Of a stretch of DNA of 64,000 nt, positions 8,855-21,634 are shown piece by piece (within the stretch, counting starts at the first letter, position 1; each line of letters opens with the position of its first letter). The notes under the pieces were generated by a model that was not told where the DNA came from, ran no database searches, and saw only the letters and a program-made list of their open reading frames with translations. The stretch lies in assembly GCA_934131695.1 (NCBI GenBank), contig CAKOZV010000004.1, positions 1,992 to 65,991 on the forward strand. Reading direction: 5' to 3'. Source of the DNA: an uncultured Bacilli bacterium. Its GTDB lineage: Bacteria > Bacillota_I > Bacilli_A > RF39 > UBA660. The translations under genes and the position numbers were made by a program.

Positions 8855-10270
8855 CTAATCACCAAAATAACTCTTTATAACATCATAGTCAGAATATGGA
8901 AGATATTCTTTACCAATAGCCATATAATCATCTCTACCTTTACCAGTAATAAATACTATATCATCTTTTTCTGCCATCGATAAAGCTTTATATATAGCAT
9001 CTTTTCTATCAATAACTCTGTCATAATTAGTTAATTTTGAATCCGATACTAAATCATCAATTATCTGATTAACATCCTCTTCTCTTGGATCATCCATTGT
9101 AAAAATAACATAATCAGATTTTTCTAAAACAACATTACCCATACTAGGTCTTTTCTTTCTTTCTCTTCCACCAGCAGAACCAGTAACAGTAATTATTCTA
9201 TTTTTCTTAATTCTATTTAAATATGTAAGTATCTTATCTAAAGCATCTGTCGTATGAGCATAATCTAACATAATCATATATTTGTCAGTAAATGGTAATG
9301 TTTCTAACCTTCCTTCTATCTGTTTTAAAGTTTCTATTCTCTTTAAAACTTCATCAATAGAAATTCCTTCAACAAGGCAAGTTAAAATAGCAGGAGCAAG
9401 ATTAAATACATTAAACTCACCAAGTAAAGGACTTAAAACAATGTAGTCTTGATTATTATATCTAAAAGTGATTCTCATTTTATTACCTTGTTCTTCATAA
9501 TTCTTTATAAAAAGCGTATCACTTTCTTTCATTCCATAAGTTAGAATGGTACCTTTACTATTATGTAAAATTCTTTCATAGTTTACATCCATACTATTAA
9601 GAATTGAATAGCCATCATCAGCAACTTGTCTAAATAATTGACACTTACATTCTATATAATTATCTAATGTTTTATGAATATTTAAATGGTCTTCCGTAAT
9701 ATTAGTAAGAATTGCAATATGATATTTTATATCATCAAGTCTATGTCTAAAAAACGCCTCACTTGACGTTTCCATCACAACCGCTTTACACTTATCATTT
9801 ACAAATTCATCTAAATACATGTAAAGTCTATCAACATCTGGAGTAGTATTACGCATTGATAAAGACTTGTTTTTCCACTTACGTCCATTAGTACCAAGAT
9901 ATGCACAATCATCTCCTAGTAACTGATAAATAATTTCAGCTACAGTTGTTTTACCATTAGTACCAGTAACACCTATCATTTTCAATTTATTATATGGATA
10001 ATCATAATACTTAGAGCATAGTTCTCTCAAATAACTATTAGTATCAGCTACCCTAATTAAAGGAACAGATTTATCACCTACGTCTTTAGATACTACAACA
10101 GCACAAGCACCATTTTTAATAGCCTCGTCTATGAAGTCGTGTCTATCAGCCGTAACCCCCATTGTACAGACAAAAATATCTCCTTTTTTGACATCCTTAG
10201 AGTTTATTTTTATACCTCTTACTTCACAATTTGAATCTATATCTTTAAAAAGTTCATTTAATTTTTTCAT
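8855..10270 (-). CDS. murE: UDP-N-acetylmuramoyl-L-alanyl-D-glutamate--L-lysine/2,6-diaminopimelate ligase
   Basis: 471 aa. P-loop GVTGTNGKTT and Mur ligase architecture. The size and sequence fit MurE. Confidence 0.8.
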   Translation of the reverse strand: MKKLNELFKDIDSNCEVRGIKINSKDVKKGDIFVCTMGVTADRHDFIDEAIKNGACAVVVSKDVGDKSVPLIRVADTNSYLRELCSKYYDYPYNKLKMIGVTGTNGKTTVAEIIYQLLGDDCAYLGTNGRKWKNKSLSMRNTTPDVDRLYMYLDEFVNDKCKAVVMETSSEAFFRHRLDDIKYHIAILTNITEDHLNIHKTLDNYIECKCQLFRQVADDGYSILNSMDVNYERILHNSKGTILTYGMKESDTLFIKNYEEQGNKMRITFRYNNQDYIVLSPLLGEFNVFNLAPAILTCLVEGISIDEVLKRIETLKQIEGRLETLPFTDKYMIMLDYAHTTDALDKILTYLNRIKKNRIITVTGSAGGRERKKRPSMGNVVLEKSDYVIFTMDDPREEDVNQIIDDLVSDSKLTNYDRVIDRKDAIYKALSMAEKDDIVFITGKGRDDYMAIGKEYLPYSDYDVIKSYFGD

Positions 10271-10318
10271 TTTATCACCTACTACTAGTATAGTCGAAAC
10301 CTAAAAAGAAATAAACAT

Positions 10319-11767
10319 TTACTTTTTAGGAAATTTAATTACTTTTGTTTTTACTTTTTCTTTTATATTTTCAAGTTTTTTTGCATAGTTTTCTCTAACT
10401 CCCTGATATAGTGTTTCTTCTTCAAGAATTGCTTCCCTAAAATCAAAAGGTGTTATTATTTTTTTTTCATCTATTACAGCATATGCAAAAGCCCTACCTA
10501 AAATATTAACAGCAAGAGCAGGATTAGAAATACTGTCTTGATAATTTCTATGTTCCTTACTGGTTAAATCAGTAAGTATCCCAATCATTTCATCAGAGTT
10601 CTTCAATTTTATTTTTAGATATTTTTCATAATTATCTTTCTTTGAAATTAAAATTTCACTCAAAGTTTCTTTATCTGGTTCAGAAACTGTAACAACGTTA
10701 AATCTTCTCCTAAACGCCTTATCATTTAAAATAGTTCTATCATACTCTTCCTTAGTAGTAGCACCAATCATTTTAATTTTGCCATTACTTAAATACGGTT
10801 TTAAAAAGTTAGCTACATCAATATTATCATTATTACAACTTCCCGCTCCCATAAGCATATGAATTTCATCTACAAAAACTATTAAATCATCATTATCTTC
10901 TAAAACGGAAACTAATTTTTCCATTTTTTCTTCTAATTCTCCTCTATATCGTGTACTAGCAACTACCTTAGTTAAATCTAAACTAAAGATTTTTTTATTT
11001 TTTAATACTGCTGGTACCTTATTATTCTTAATTAGATAAGCTAATTTTTCTACAATTGCAGTTTTTCCCACTCCTGCTTCACCAATCAAAATGGCATTAC
11101 CGGGTGAAATTAAACTTGCCTCTAATTTTCTCACTTCTTTATCCCTTGAAATAATATCACTTGTACAAGGAGAAAGATATGTACCAAATTCTAATAATTT
11201 GTCAAAATTATTTTTATTAGGTAAAAAACTACAGTTAGTACCAATCATATCAGTCATAGAAGGAGCACCAATATAAATAGCAAAATCATCTCTTATTTTC
11301 TCAATAGAACGACCATTTTCTTTAAACAAAGAATTAATAACATCACTATTTATATAATAATCATACAAGCAGTTGGACATTAAGAGATTAGGTGTAGCAT
11401 CTGCTAAAGGAACTGGTTCACTCAAACATTTTAAAAATTTATAACTATCTGAAAATAATGTTCTAAATTCTTCTTTATCAACATCTTCCAATTCTTCCAA
11501 TGATATTTTTAAGTAATCAGTTACTAATTTTATAGTAATATCTTTATCTTTAAAAAAACAGGTTATATCATCATTAACAGTTAAACTTGCTAAAAATATA
11601 GCAATTGAATACTTATCTGTAGTTTGCATATTTTTAGACATAGAATGAGAATAATAAGTTAATTTTTTATCTTTAATTAAATTGTATATACTAAACATTT
11701 TATAAATTGTTTTAATTAGATTTTTATCAGCTTTTTCACAAAATAACTCATATTCTTTATCAAACAT
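10319..11767 (-). CDS. Clp/Hsp100-like AAA+ ATPase with a Clp-N-like N-terminal region and a single D1 module (no D2)
   Basis: It has the Walker A GEAGVGKTAIVEKLAY, the Walker B/sensor LIVFVDEIHMLMGAG and GATTKEEYDRTILNDKAFRRRF, which is typical of ClpA/B/C D1. It is only 482 aa and has no second AAA module. Confidence 0.65.
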   Translation of the reverse strand: MFDKEYELFCEKADKNLIKTIYKMFSIYNLIKDKKLTYYSHSMSKNMQTTDKYSIAIFLASLTVNDDITCFFKDKDITIKLVTDYLKISLEELEDVDKEEFRTLFSDSYKFLKCLSEPVPLADATPNLLMSNCLYDYYINSDVINSLFKENGRSIEKIRDDFAIYIGAPSMTDMIGTNCSFLPNKNNFDKLLEFGTYLSPCTSDIISRDKEVRKLEASLISPGNAILIGEAGVGKTAIVEKLAYLIKNNKVPAVLKNKKIFSLDLTKVVASTRYRGELEEKMEKLVSVLEDNDDLIVFVDEIHMLMGAGSCNNDNIDVANFLKPYLSNGKIKMIGATTKEEYDRTILNDKAFRRRFNVVTVSEPDKETLSEILISKKDNYEKYLKIKLKNSDEMIGILTDLTSKEHRNYQDSISNPALAVNILGRAFAYAVIDEKKIITPFDFREAILEEETLYQGVRENYAKKLENIKEKVKTKVIKFPKK

Positions 11768-11798
11768 TAATTTTACCCCCTTACCAAAAGTAGAAAGA

Positions 11799-14700
11799 TT
11801 ATATTCTTTCTACTCTTAATCCTACAATTACATCATTTAATTCTGTATTTTTTTCAATATTTTGATCTTCAACTAGAGAATCTGCTAATGTTTCATTTTT
11901 AATATATTCATCATATAATGCTAACATCTTATCAAACATTTCATCTCCATGATAATATAGGTTAATATGATCAGTTATTACAAAGTCTGCTTCTTTTCTT
12001 AAGTTTTGTACTTTTCTTACTACTTCTCTAGCAAGTCCTTCTAATATTAAGTCTTCTGTTAATGATGTATCAAGAACAATACTTGTCTTGCCATTACTTG
12101 CAGCACAATAACCTTTCTTATTCTTAAGAGTTGTTAATATCATATCTTCTGTAACATCAATTTCTTCTCCTAAGAAGTTCATCTTAAAGTATCCAGCCTT
12201 TATCTTATTAACATCATTAATATCTAGCTTACTAACAGCTTCTTGAAAATCTTTCATCTTAGGTCCAAATACCTTACCTACTACTTTAAAGTTTGGCTTA
12301 ACAATATAATCCATATACTCAGTCATATCATCTTTATATACGATTTCTTTAATATTAAGTTCTTCTTTAATAATACTTTCAAAGTCTTCAATAACTGCTT
12401 CATCAACAAGTGGTAAAATCATAAAGTTAAGAGGTTGTCTTACCTTGATAGCAGCATCTTCTCTAGCATTTCTTCCTAGACTACAAATATCTCTTACAAG
12501 TTCCATTCTCTGTTCTAAGTCTTTTGATAATAACTCTTCATCAACTTTAGGAAAGTCTTCTAAATGAACAGATGTCTTGCCTGTTAAATTTTGATAAATC
12601 TCTTCTGAAATATATGGTGTAACAGGTGCCGTTACTTTAGCTAAAGTTAGTAGTGTTTCATAAGTTGTTAAGTATACTGCTTTTTTATCTTCAGTTAATT
12701 CACTAGCCCAGAATCTTCTTCTATTACTTCTAATATACCAGTTAGAAAAGTCATCATTAATAAAGTCTACTATCTTATGAACAACAATATTAAGATCATA
12801 CTTTTCATAACCTTCAGTTACATCTTTAACCATATGATTAAGTCTAGATAATAACCATCTATCAGTTAAATCACGTTTAGCTACGGGAATATTATATTCT
12901 CTAGGATCAATTTTATCAGCATTGGCATACATCTCAAAGAATGAGTAAGCATTTTTAAATGTTGATAAATATTTAGAATATACTTCTTTTAATCCATCAT
13001 CATCAAACTTTATAGGTGACCAAACTGGTGATACATAAGGTAAATAGAAACGAATTGTATCTGCTCCATACTTTTTCATAGTAGTAAATGGTTCTACAAT
13101 ATTTCCTTTACTCTTACTCATCTTTTTACCAAATTTATCTAATAACAAGTCATTTACTAAAACATTTTTATATGGTGCCTTACCAGTTACAAAAGTTGAT
13201 ATTAATAATAAGGTATAGAACCATCCTCTTGTTTGATCAATTCCTTCACAGATAAAGTTAGCTGGGAACTGTTCTTCAAATAATTCTTTATTTTCAAATG
13301 GATAATGATATTGAGCAAAAGGCATAGAACCAGAATCAAACCAGCAATCAATTACCTCTTTAACTCTTGACATTTCCTTACCACAATCTGGACAAGTAAT
13401 ATGAACATTATCAACATATGGTCTATGTAAATCAATAGATTCATCTATTTCTTCAATAGATTTTTCTACTAATTCTTTACGAGAACCAATCATCTCCATA
13501 TGACCACAAGAACATCTCCAAAGTGGTAATGGTGTCCCCCAATAACGATTTCTTGAAATTGCCCAATCATTCATATTTAATAACCAGTTACCAAATCTTT
13601 TTTCTCCTACAAATTTAGGATACCAATTAACACCATTATTATTTTTAACTACTTGATCTTTTAATTTAGTAACTTCCAAATAATATGATGGTTTAGCATA
13701 GTATAGAAGTGGTGTTCCACAACGCCAACAATGTGGATAGTCATGTTTTATTTTTTCTTTCTTAAATAGTTTATCATTTTCTTTTAAGTATTTAATAACA
13801 TCTATATCTACATCAAAAACATTTCTACCTTTCCAAAGTCCAGCCGTATAACATCCATCTTCACCTACTGGATTTAATACTGGTAAATTATATTTCTTAC
13901 CAACATTATAATCATCTTGTCCAAAAGCAGGTGCAATATGAACAATACCAGTTCCAGCATCCATTGTTACATAGTCATCTACAGTTACAAAGAAAGCTTT
14001 CTTATCTACTTTAAGACTTGGTATTAACTGTTCATATTCCATATATTCTAAGTTCTTACCACTATACTCTTCTAAGACTGTATAGTCATCTCCTAATACT
14101 TTGTTAGCTAAAGCTTTAGCTACAATAAACTTAGTACCACGACTTTCAGCTAAAATATATAATTCTTTAGGATTAACACATAAAGCCACATTACTAATTA
14201 AAGTCCAAGGAGTAGTAGTCCAAACTAGAAAGTAAACATTTTCATCCTTCTTTTTCATTGGAACAATAACTGTATTAGCTGTAACTTCTTTATATCCTTG
14301 AGCAACTTCATGAGAAGCTAGTCCTGTCCCACATCTAGTACAAAATGGTAATATTTTATGTCCTTCATAGAATAATCCTTCATCAAAGAATTTCTTTAGT
14401 ATCCACCACTCTGTTTCAATATAATTATTATCATAAGTAACATAAGGATGCTCTAAGTCAATAAACTGTCCCATTTCTTTAGTAAGATCAGAGAAAGCTT
14501 TTTCATTCTTCCAAACACTTTCCTTACATTTTTTATTAAACTCTTCTATACCATATTCTTCAATATCTTTTTTAGAGTTAAAACCTAATTCCTTTTCAAC
14601 TTGTAATTCTACAGGAAGACCATGAGTATCCCAACCTACTTTTCTTAAGACACGATATCCTTGCATAGTTTTATATTTACAAAATGTATCTTTTAAGAAT

Positions 14701-14885
14701 TTAGCCATCATATGATGAAGTCCTGGCATTCCATTAGCAGTAGCAGGTCCATCATAGAAAACAAAGTTCTCACAGTCTTTTCTATTATCAATACATTTCT
14801 TTAAGATATCTTCATTTTCCCATTCTTTAGCAATTTCTAATTCAATATTATGTACATCGCCTTTTTTTAATTCTTTAAATTCCAT
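11799..14885 (-). CDS. ileS: isoleucine--tRNA ligase (long type-2-like form)
   Basis: 1028 aa. HxGH-like PGLHHM, KMSKS, and WAISRNRYWGTPLPLW (the IleRS-specific motif). A T-box leader lies upstream. Confidence 0.85.
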   Translation of the reverse strand: MEFKELKKGDVHNIELEIAKEWENEDILKKCIDNRKDCENFVFYDGPATANGMPGLHHMMAKFLKDTFCKYKTMQGYRVLRKVGWDTHGLPVELQVEKELGFNSKKDIEEYGIEEFNKKCKESVWKNEKAFSDLTKEMGQFIDLEHPYVTYDNNYIETEWWILKKFFDEGLFYEGHKILPFCTRCGTGLASHEVAQGYKEVTANTVIVPMKKKDENVYFLVWTTTPWTLISNVALCVNPKELYILAESRGTKFIVAKALANKVLGDDYTVLEEYSGKNLEYMEYEQLIPSLKVDKKAFFVTVDDYVTMDAGTGIVHIAPAFGQDDYNVGKKYNLPVLNPVGEDGCYTAGLWKGRNVFDVDIDVIKYLKENDKLFKKEKIKHDYPHCWRCGTPLLYYAKPSYYLEVTKLKDQVVKNNNGVNWYPKFVGEKRFGNWLLNMNDWAISRNRYWGTPLPLWRCSCGHMEMIGSRKELVEKSIEEIDESIDLHRPYVDNVHITCPDCGKEMSRVKEVIDCWFDSGSMPFAQYHYPFENKELFEEQFPANFICEGIDQTRGWFYTLLLISTFVTGKAPYKNVLVNDLLLDKFGKKMSKSKGNIVEPFTTMKKYGADTIRFYLPYVSPVWSPIKFDDDGLKEVYSKYLSTFKNAYSFFEMYANADKIDPREYNIPVAKRDLTDRWLLSRLNHMVKDVTEGYEKYDLNIVVHKIVDFINDDFSNWYIRSNRRRFWASELTEDKKAVYLTTYETLLTLAKVTAPVTPYISEEIYQNLTGKTSVHLEDFPKVDEELLSKDLEQRMELVRDICSLGRNAREDAAIKVRQPLNFMILPLVDEAVIEDFESIIKEELNIKEIVYKDDMTEYMDYIVKPNFKVVGKVFGPKMKDFQEAVSKLDINDVNKIKAGYFKMNFLGEEIDVTEDMILTTLKNKKGYCAASNGKTSIVLDTSLTEDLILEGLAREVVRKVQNLRKEADFVITDHINLYYHGDEMFDKMLALYDEYIKNETLADSLVEDQNIEKNTELNDVIVGLRVERI

Positions 14886-14889
14886 AGTA

Positions 14890-15170
14890 TTTCCTCCTTA
14901 TAACAAAAAAATCTATGCTGAAAGGACGAATATTTACGTGGTACCACCTTTCTTCATAGATTAATCTATCTTATTCTAGTTAACGTCTAGTCCCCGTCTT
15001 TATCTTATCCATAAAGCACAACTTGAAAGTGATCTAAAATAAGTTCCATCTTCTTTTTCACCAACCAAGAAGTCTCTACTAATTTCCCTTATTTCCGTCT
15101 TTCGCACTTGTTTTTCTTAATTAATATACCATTATATTTAGTATATATCAAGCCTTTTTCTCCATAATTT
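14890..15170 (-). promoter_or_regulatory. T-box riboswitch leader of ileS
   Basis: The minus-strand leader contains AAAGGTGGTACCACG (T-box consensus GGTGGNACCGCG) at 14937-14951. Terminator/antiterminator complementarity (GAAAGGTGG...CGTCCTTTC) and a U-run precede the RBS TAAGGAGGAAA. Confidence 0.7.
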
Positions 15171-15188
15171 TTATATCATCTAACTACA

Positions 15189-15836
15189 TTAATTAATAAA
15201 ACAGTTATTAAAAGTTATAGTTCTTACTATATTATTTTTCTTAGGAGTATACTTAGTAAAAGTTCCACTTATAGTTATAGTATCACCTTTACTATAGTTC
15301 TTTAACTTAGATATGTTTTTCAAGTAAAACTCTGCCTTTGTAGTATAATTACCACCATCTTTATCTTCATAGATAAGGACTATTTTCTTATTAGTCTTAT
15401 CAATAGAATCTATCTTACCAGTAACTATAAAAAACTGTTTATAAGAGTTTTTCAATGCTTCTTTTGGATTATTTCTAAAAGAAATACCTAACTCTTCTAC
15501 GGTAGTAGCCTTAGTTGTTGGATCATACTTAAGTGTCCAGCTACCTACTACTGTAGTATTTCTTCCATCTTTAACACGATATTTAATAACTTTATACCCT
15601 AAACCATAATATTCTTTAGTTCCACCATCATTATGAGTTTTTACTTTAACTGCAAGAAATGGTCCTACACTAGTATAATTTGCTATTAAAATATCTATAA
15701 ATATAAGAGTTCCTAATACTAAAGCTACTATCATGATAATAGTAAACTTTTTCTTTAACTTCTTTTCTTCATCAATAGTTACATAATTACTATCATCAAA
15801 ACCACTATGATTATCATTTTCTAGTTTTAATCCCAT
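15189..15836 (-). CDS. hypothetical membrane-anchored protein (single N-terminal TM)
   Basis: ORF with hydrophobic segment IIMIVALVLGTLIFIDILIANY. It is 1 nt from the ligA stop and likely co-transcribed. Confidence 0.5.
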   Translation of the reverse strand: MGLKLENDNHSGFDDSNYVTIDEEKKLKKKFTIIMIVALVLGTLIFIDILIANYTSVGPFLAVKVKTHNDGGTKEYYGLGYKVIKYRVKDGRNTTVVGSWTLKYDPTTKATTVEELGISFRNNPKEALKNSYKQFFIVTGKIDSIDKTNKKIVLIYEDKDGGNYTTKAEFYLKNISKLKNYSKGDTITISGTFTKYTPKKNNIVRTITFNNCFIN

Positions 15837-15837
15837 A

Positions 15838-17847
<2,010 letters not shown>

Positions 17848-17853
17848 TCACCT

Positions 17854-18750
17854 CTACCATAGTTTATTTGGATAAATATTTTCTTTTATTAATTCATCTA
17901 TTGCCTTAACTACCTCTTCTTTATCTTCTTTATAAGTAACTCCATGCCAAATAGCATTTGTACTTAATAAATCAACTTCTACTCTACCTTCTTTTATAGC
18001 ATCTTTAACTACATCTGGTATTAGAAATTCACATTTAGATAAATCATTCTTATTAGCTTCTAGAAATTTCGTTAATTTTTCTTCTAAGTATGCAAATATC
18101 TTTGGTGTAAATAATAGTAAATTCATTGAGACTAGTGAATCATCTTCCACTGTAAACTCAGTGTCTCCATCTAATGGTCTTGCAATTATTCTATTATCAA
18201 TTCTTTCAACACTACTCTCGATTAAATCTTTTAATTTTCCATTTTCTTCTCTACAAATTCCTCTTTTAGCCGCTCCATTAGGACTAAGTGTTTTACTAAC
18301 TTTATAACCTACTACAGCATAATGTTTATCATCAATTTTATCTAAGTATTTACTAGCTACCATATAGGCATCTCTTCCATAAAAATCATCTGCATTAATA
18401 ATAGCAAAAGGTGTTTTTACTTTATCTTTTGCACATAATATAGCATGCCCTGTTCCTAATGGTTTTACTCTTGTTTTTAAACCAGAATAATTTTCTCTTA
18501 AGTTAGAGTCATCTTGAAAAACATATTCTGTTTCAATATATGGTTCTACTCTTTTCCCAATTGTTTCTTTAAATATGTCATAATTTTCTTCTTTAATAAT
18601 AAAGACAATTTTAGTAAATCCTGCTAACTTTGCATCATAAACTGAATAGTCTATTAAAAACTCTCCATTAGGACCCATTGGTTCTATTTGTTTAAGTCCT
18701 CCAAATCGACTACCCATTCCAGCAGCCATTACTAACAATGTTTTTTGCAT
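17854..18750 (-). CDS. sugar-phosphate nucleotidyltransferase (NTP_transferase family)
   Basis: N-terminal LVMAAGMGSRFGG is the nucleotidyltransferase glycine-rich motif. Confidence 0.6.
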   Translation of the reverse strand: MQKTLLVMAAGMGSRFGGLKQIEPMGPNGEFLIDYSVYDAKLAGFTKIVFIIKEENYDIFKETIGKRVEPYIETEYVFQDDSNLRENYSGLKTRVKPLGTGHAILCAKDKVKTPFAIINADDFYGRDAYMVASKYLDKIDDKHYAVVGYKVSKTLSPNGAAKRGICREENGKLKDLIESSVERIDNRIIARPLDGDTEFTVEDDSLVSMNLLLFTPKIFAYLEEKLTKFLEANKNDLSKCEFLIPDVVKDAIKEGRVEVDLLSTNAIWHGVTYKEDKEEVVKAIDELIKENIYPNKLW

Positions 18751-19442
18751 AAAATCTTTCTACCCTTCTTTTCTCTTTCTATTTTTTTATCAATGGTAAC
18801 TAAACCTTCTAATAAATCATCAAACTCTTTACTTTTTTCTTCTTTACCAGTTAAAAAGTCTCTACTCTTAACAATATATTTCTCATTTTCTTTAACTACA
18901 GCTAGCATCATTGAATCATTATCAGATACTTTTTTCATAATATTAGGAAACATTGAAAATATACTTGCCGTTCTTTCACTTACCTTATTAATTGATAACT
19001 TTTGATAATTATCATCAGCCTTTAGAAAGCTACAAGCACCTTTTAATAATACCAAACTATATTCTTTATTTAAATTAGCATTTATTATATCAATAGAACG
19101 CTCTACGTCTTTTCCATACCAAGCTAAATAGTCATTTAAATTAGTAAGTGTATTAACTAATGAATCACCTTGTACTAAAGCAGTTGTACATTCAGTTTTC
19201 TTCTTACCAGTTTTTCTTATCTTAGCTGTAAACAAATCATCATCTAATGAATAACTTACTATTAATTTTTTATCATTTAATATATTACCCTTAACTACTA
19301 AAAATCTATTAAATGCAAATAAATCATTTTTACTTAATTCAATTTCACTATTTCCACAGTTACTAACTAATCTTCCTTCTAAGCAATGCACTAAATTTTT
19401 ACTTACCTCTAATTGATATCCTTGTCTTATTTTATTTTCCAT
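18732..19442 (-). CDS. hypothetical protein (between pcrA and the nucleotidyltransferase)
   Basis: 236-aa ORF. It overlaps the downstream gene by 19 nt. No motif recognised. Confidence 0.45.
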   Translation of the reverse strand: MENKIRQGYQLEVSKNLVHCLEGRLVSNCGNSEIELSKNDLFAFNRFLVVKGNILNDKKLIVSYSLDDDLFTAKIRKTGKKKTECTTALVQGDSLVNTLTNLNDYLAWYGKDVERSIDIINANLNKEYSLVLLKGACSFLKADDNYQKLSINKVSERTASIFSMFPNIMKKVSDNDSMMLAVVKENEKYIVKSRDFLTGKEEKSKEFDDLLEGLVTIDKKIEREKKGRKILCKKHC

Positions 19443-19455
19443 TTCTTAAACCCTC

Positions 19456-21549
19456 CTAAATTTTTGCTAAACTTTTATGATTTTTTAATAATTTTTTAAC
19501 ACCAAATGGTAGTGGAAAAGCAACTGTAACTAAAGAGTTAGTAACATCTACTACCTTGCCTCTACCAAAGTGATCATGTACAACATAGTCTCCTACTTGA
19601 TAATCAACTTCTTCATCTCTTAAGACACTATTTACATCTATCTTCTTTTCTGATTCTTTCCTTGCCACCGTATTAGTTTCTAATAAGTCTTTATCTATTT
19701 CTCCTAAGAACCTACTTGGTGGATTAATTTGTTCATTACCAAAAAGTACTCTTCGTCTGGCATTAAACAGATATAGTTTTTCTCTCGCTCTTGTTATAGC
19801 TACATAGCAAAGTCTTCGCTCTTCTTCCACATCATAACTACTATATAGACTATTCATATGTGGAAAAATACCTTCTTCAAGTCCAATAACAAATACTATA
19901 TCAAACTCAAGTCCTTTAACAGAATGAACAGTCATCAAGCTTACTTTATCATTAGCTTCACTATATTCATCTTTATCATTTACTAAACTAACTTCATATA
20001 GAAAGTCTTCTAATGATACTAGACCTAGTCTTTCTTCAAAAGCCTTAGTGATAGATTTAAATTCCTTTAAGTTTTCAAGTCTAACTTCTGCTTCTATACT
20101 TTTTTCCGCTTCTAGTTCTCTTCTAATTCCACTAGCATCCAACACTTTATCAATTAACTCTGTAAGACTTACCGTTTCTGATACTTTCTTTAGTGATAAG
20201 ATTAAATCTTTAAATGGTTGTTCTTTACCACCATCAATTGCTTCAAATAAACTAGAGTTATTTATGTCAGCCTTTGTCTGTAAAGCTTGAATAGTCTTAA
20301 GTCCTATTCCCCTTTTAGGTGTATTAATAACTCTTAGTAAACTAACATCATCTTTTTCATTATAGATTAGTTTTAAGTATGCTAATAGGTCTTTAATTTC
20401 TTTTCTTGAATAGAAACTTAAACCTCCTACTATGTGATAAGGAATACTATCTTTTAGTAATTCTTCTTCCATTACACGAGACTGAGCATTAGTTCTATAA
20501 AGTATAGCTACTTGACTTAGACTTTTACCACTATTTTGTATCTTTTTTATGAAACTAGCTACTTGATGAGCTTCATCTAGTTGATCATAGGCTCTATAAT
20601 AAGTAATCTTTTCACCATCACCCTTAGTTGACCAAAGATTCTTTTCTTTCCTACTCTGATTATTTCTAATAACACAGTTAGCTGCATCCAAGATATTTTT
20701 AGTTGATCTATAATTTTGCTCTAGTTTAATACTTAAGGCATTAGGATAATCCTTTTCAAAATTTAATATATTTTTATAATTAGCCCCTCTAAAACCATAT
20801 ATGGCTTGATCAGCATCTCCTACTACACAAATATTTTTATATTTAGCACTTATCATTTTAGATAATATATATTGAGCTTCATTAGTATCTTGGTACTCAT
20901 CTATTAGAATATACTTATATCTATTTTGATACATCTCTAAAATATCTTTATGTTTTCTAAATAATTTTATAGGTAGTAGTAACAAATCATCAAAATCAAC
21001 AGCATTACTACTCTTTAATTTTTCTTCATACTTTCTATAAACATCTAATATTATTTGATCAAAATCACCTGCTACATACTTCTCATAATCATTAGGTGTC
21101 ATAAGTTCATTTTTACAACTACTTATTTTATTCTTAACAGCTTTCGGACTAAACTGTTTTATATCATAGTTCAAGTCTTTCATTATTTTTTTAACTATTA
21201 CTAATGAATCATCGCTATCCATTATAACAAAATTAGGTTCATACCCTAAGTCTTTACAATTTTCTCTTAATAGTCTTAGTCCAAAAGAATGGAAGGTAGA
21301 TATTTGAATAAAACGAGCTTCTTCACCAATTAAATTTTCTACTCTTTCCTTCATCTCTTTAGCTGCTTTATTAGTAAATGTTATAGCAAGTATCTCATAA
21401 GGTGATATACCTTTTTCCTTGATTAAATATGCTATCTTAGTAGTTAAAACTTTAGTCTTACCACTACCTGCACCTGCTAGAATAAGAAGAGGTCCTTCGT
21501 TATATAATACTGCTTTCTTCTGCTCTTTATTTAAGTTTTCTAAATCCAT
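19456..21549 (-). CDS. pcrA: ATP-dependent DNA helicase PcrA (UvrD/Rep family)
   Basis: GAGSGKTKVLTTKIAYLI Walker A, UvrD helicase motifs and a C-terminal VDYQVGDYVVHDHFGRGKV tail. Start MDLENLN with RBS GAGGGAAGAGAAG. Confidence 0.9.
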   Translation of the reverse strand: MDLENLNKEQKKAVLYNEGPLLILAGAGSGKTKVLTTKIAYLIKEKGISPYEILAITFTNKAAKEMKERVENLIGEEARFIQISTFHSFGLRLLRENCKDLGYEPNFVIMDSDDSLVIVKKIMKDLNYDIKQFSPKAVKNKISSCKNELMTPNDYEKYVAGDFDQIILDVYRKYEEKLKSSNAVDFDDLLLLPIKLFRKHKDILEMYQNRYKYILIDEYQDTNEAQYILSKMISAKYKNICVVGDADQAIYGFRGANYKNILNFEKDYPNALSIKLEQNYRSTKNILDAANCVIRNNQSRKEKNLWSTKGDGEKITYYRAYDQLDEAHQVASFIKKIQNSGKSLSQVAILYRTNAQSRVMEEELLKDSIPYHIVGGLSFYSRKEIKDLLAYLKLIYNEKDDVSLLRVINTPKRGIGLKTIQALQTKADINNSSLFEAIDGGKEQPFKDLILSLKKVSETVSLTELIDKVLDASGIRRELEAEKSIEAEVRLENLKEFKSITKAFEERLGLVSLEDFLYEVSLVNDKDEYSEANDKVSLMTVHSVKGLEFDIVFVIGLEEGIFPHMNSLYSSYDVEEERRLCYVAITRAREKLYLFNARRRVLFGNEQINPPSRFLGEIDKDLLETNTVARKESEKKIDVNSVLRDEEVDYQVGDYVVHDHFGRGKVVDVTNSLVTVAFPLPFGVKKLLKNHKSLAKI

Positions 21550-21634
21550 CTTCTCTTCCCTCACTCTCCATATTAATTATATCTTAAATTAATTGTTAAT
21601 GCTAGCAAAGGCAAAAAAAAGAATAGATTTTTTT

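Noticed and set aside
11091-11276. 61-aa ORF antisense in the Clp-like ATPase gene
   Set aside because: Shadow ORF.
18745-19005. 86-aa ORF antisense in the hypothetical/nucleotidyltransferase region
   Set aside because: Shadow ORF with hydrophobic low-complexity translation.
20048-20290. 80-aa ORF antisense in pcrA
   Set aside because: Shadow ORF.
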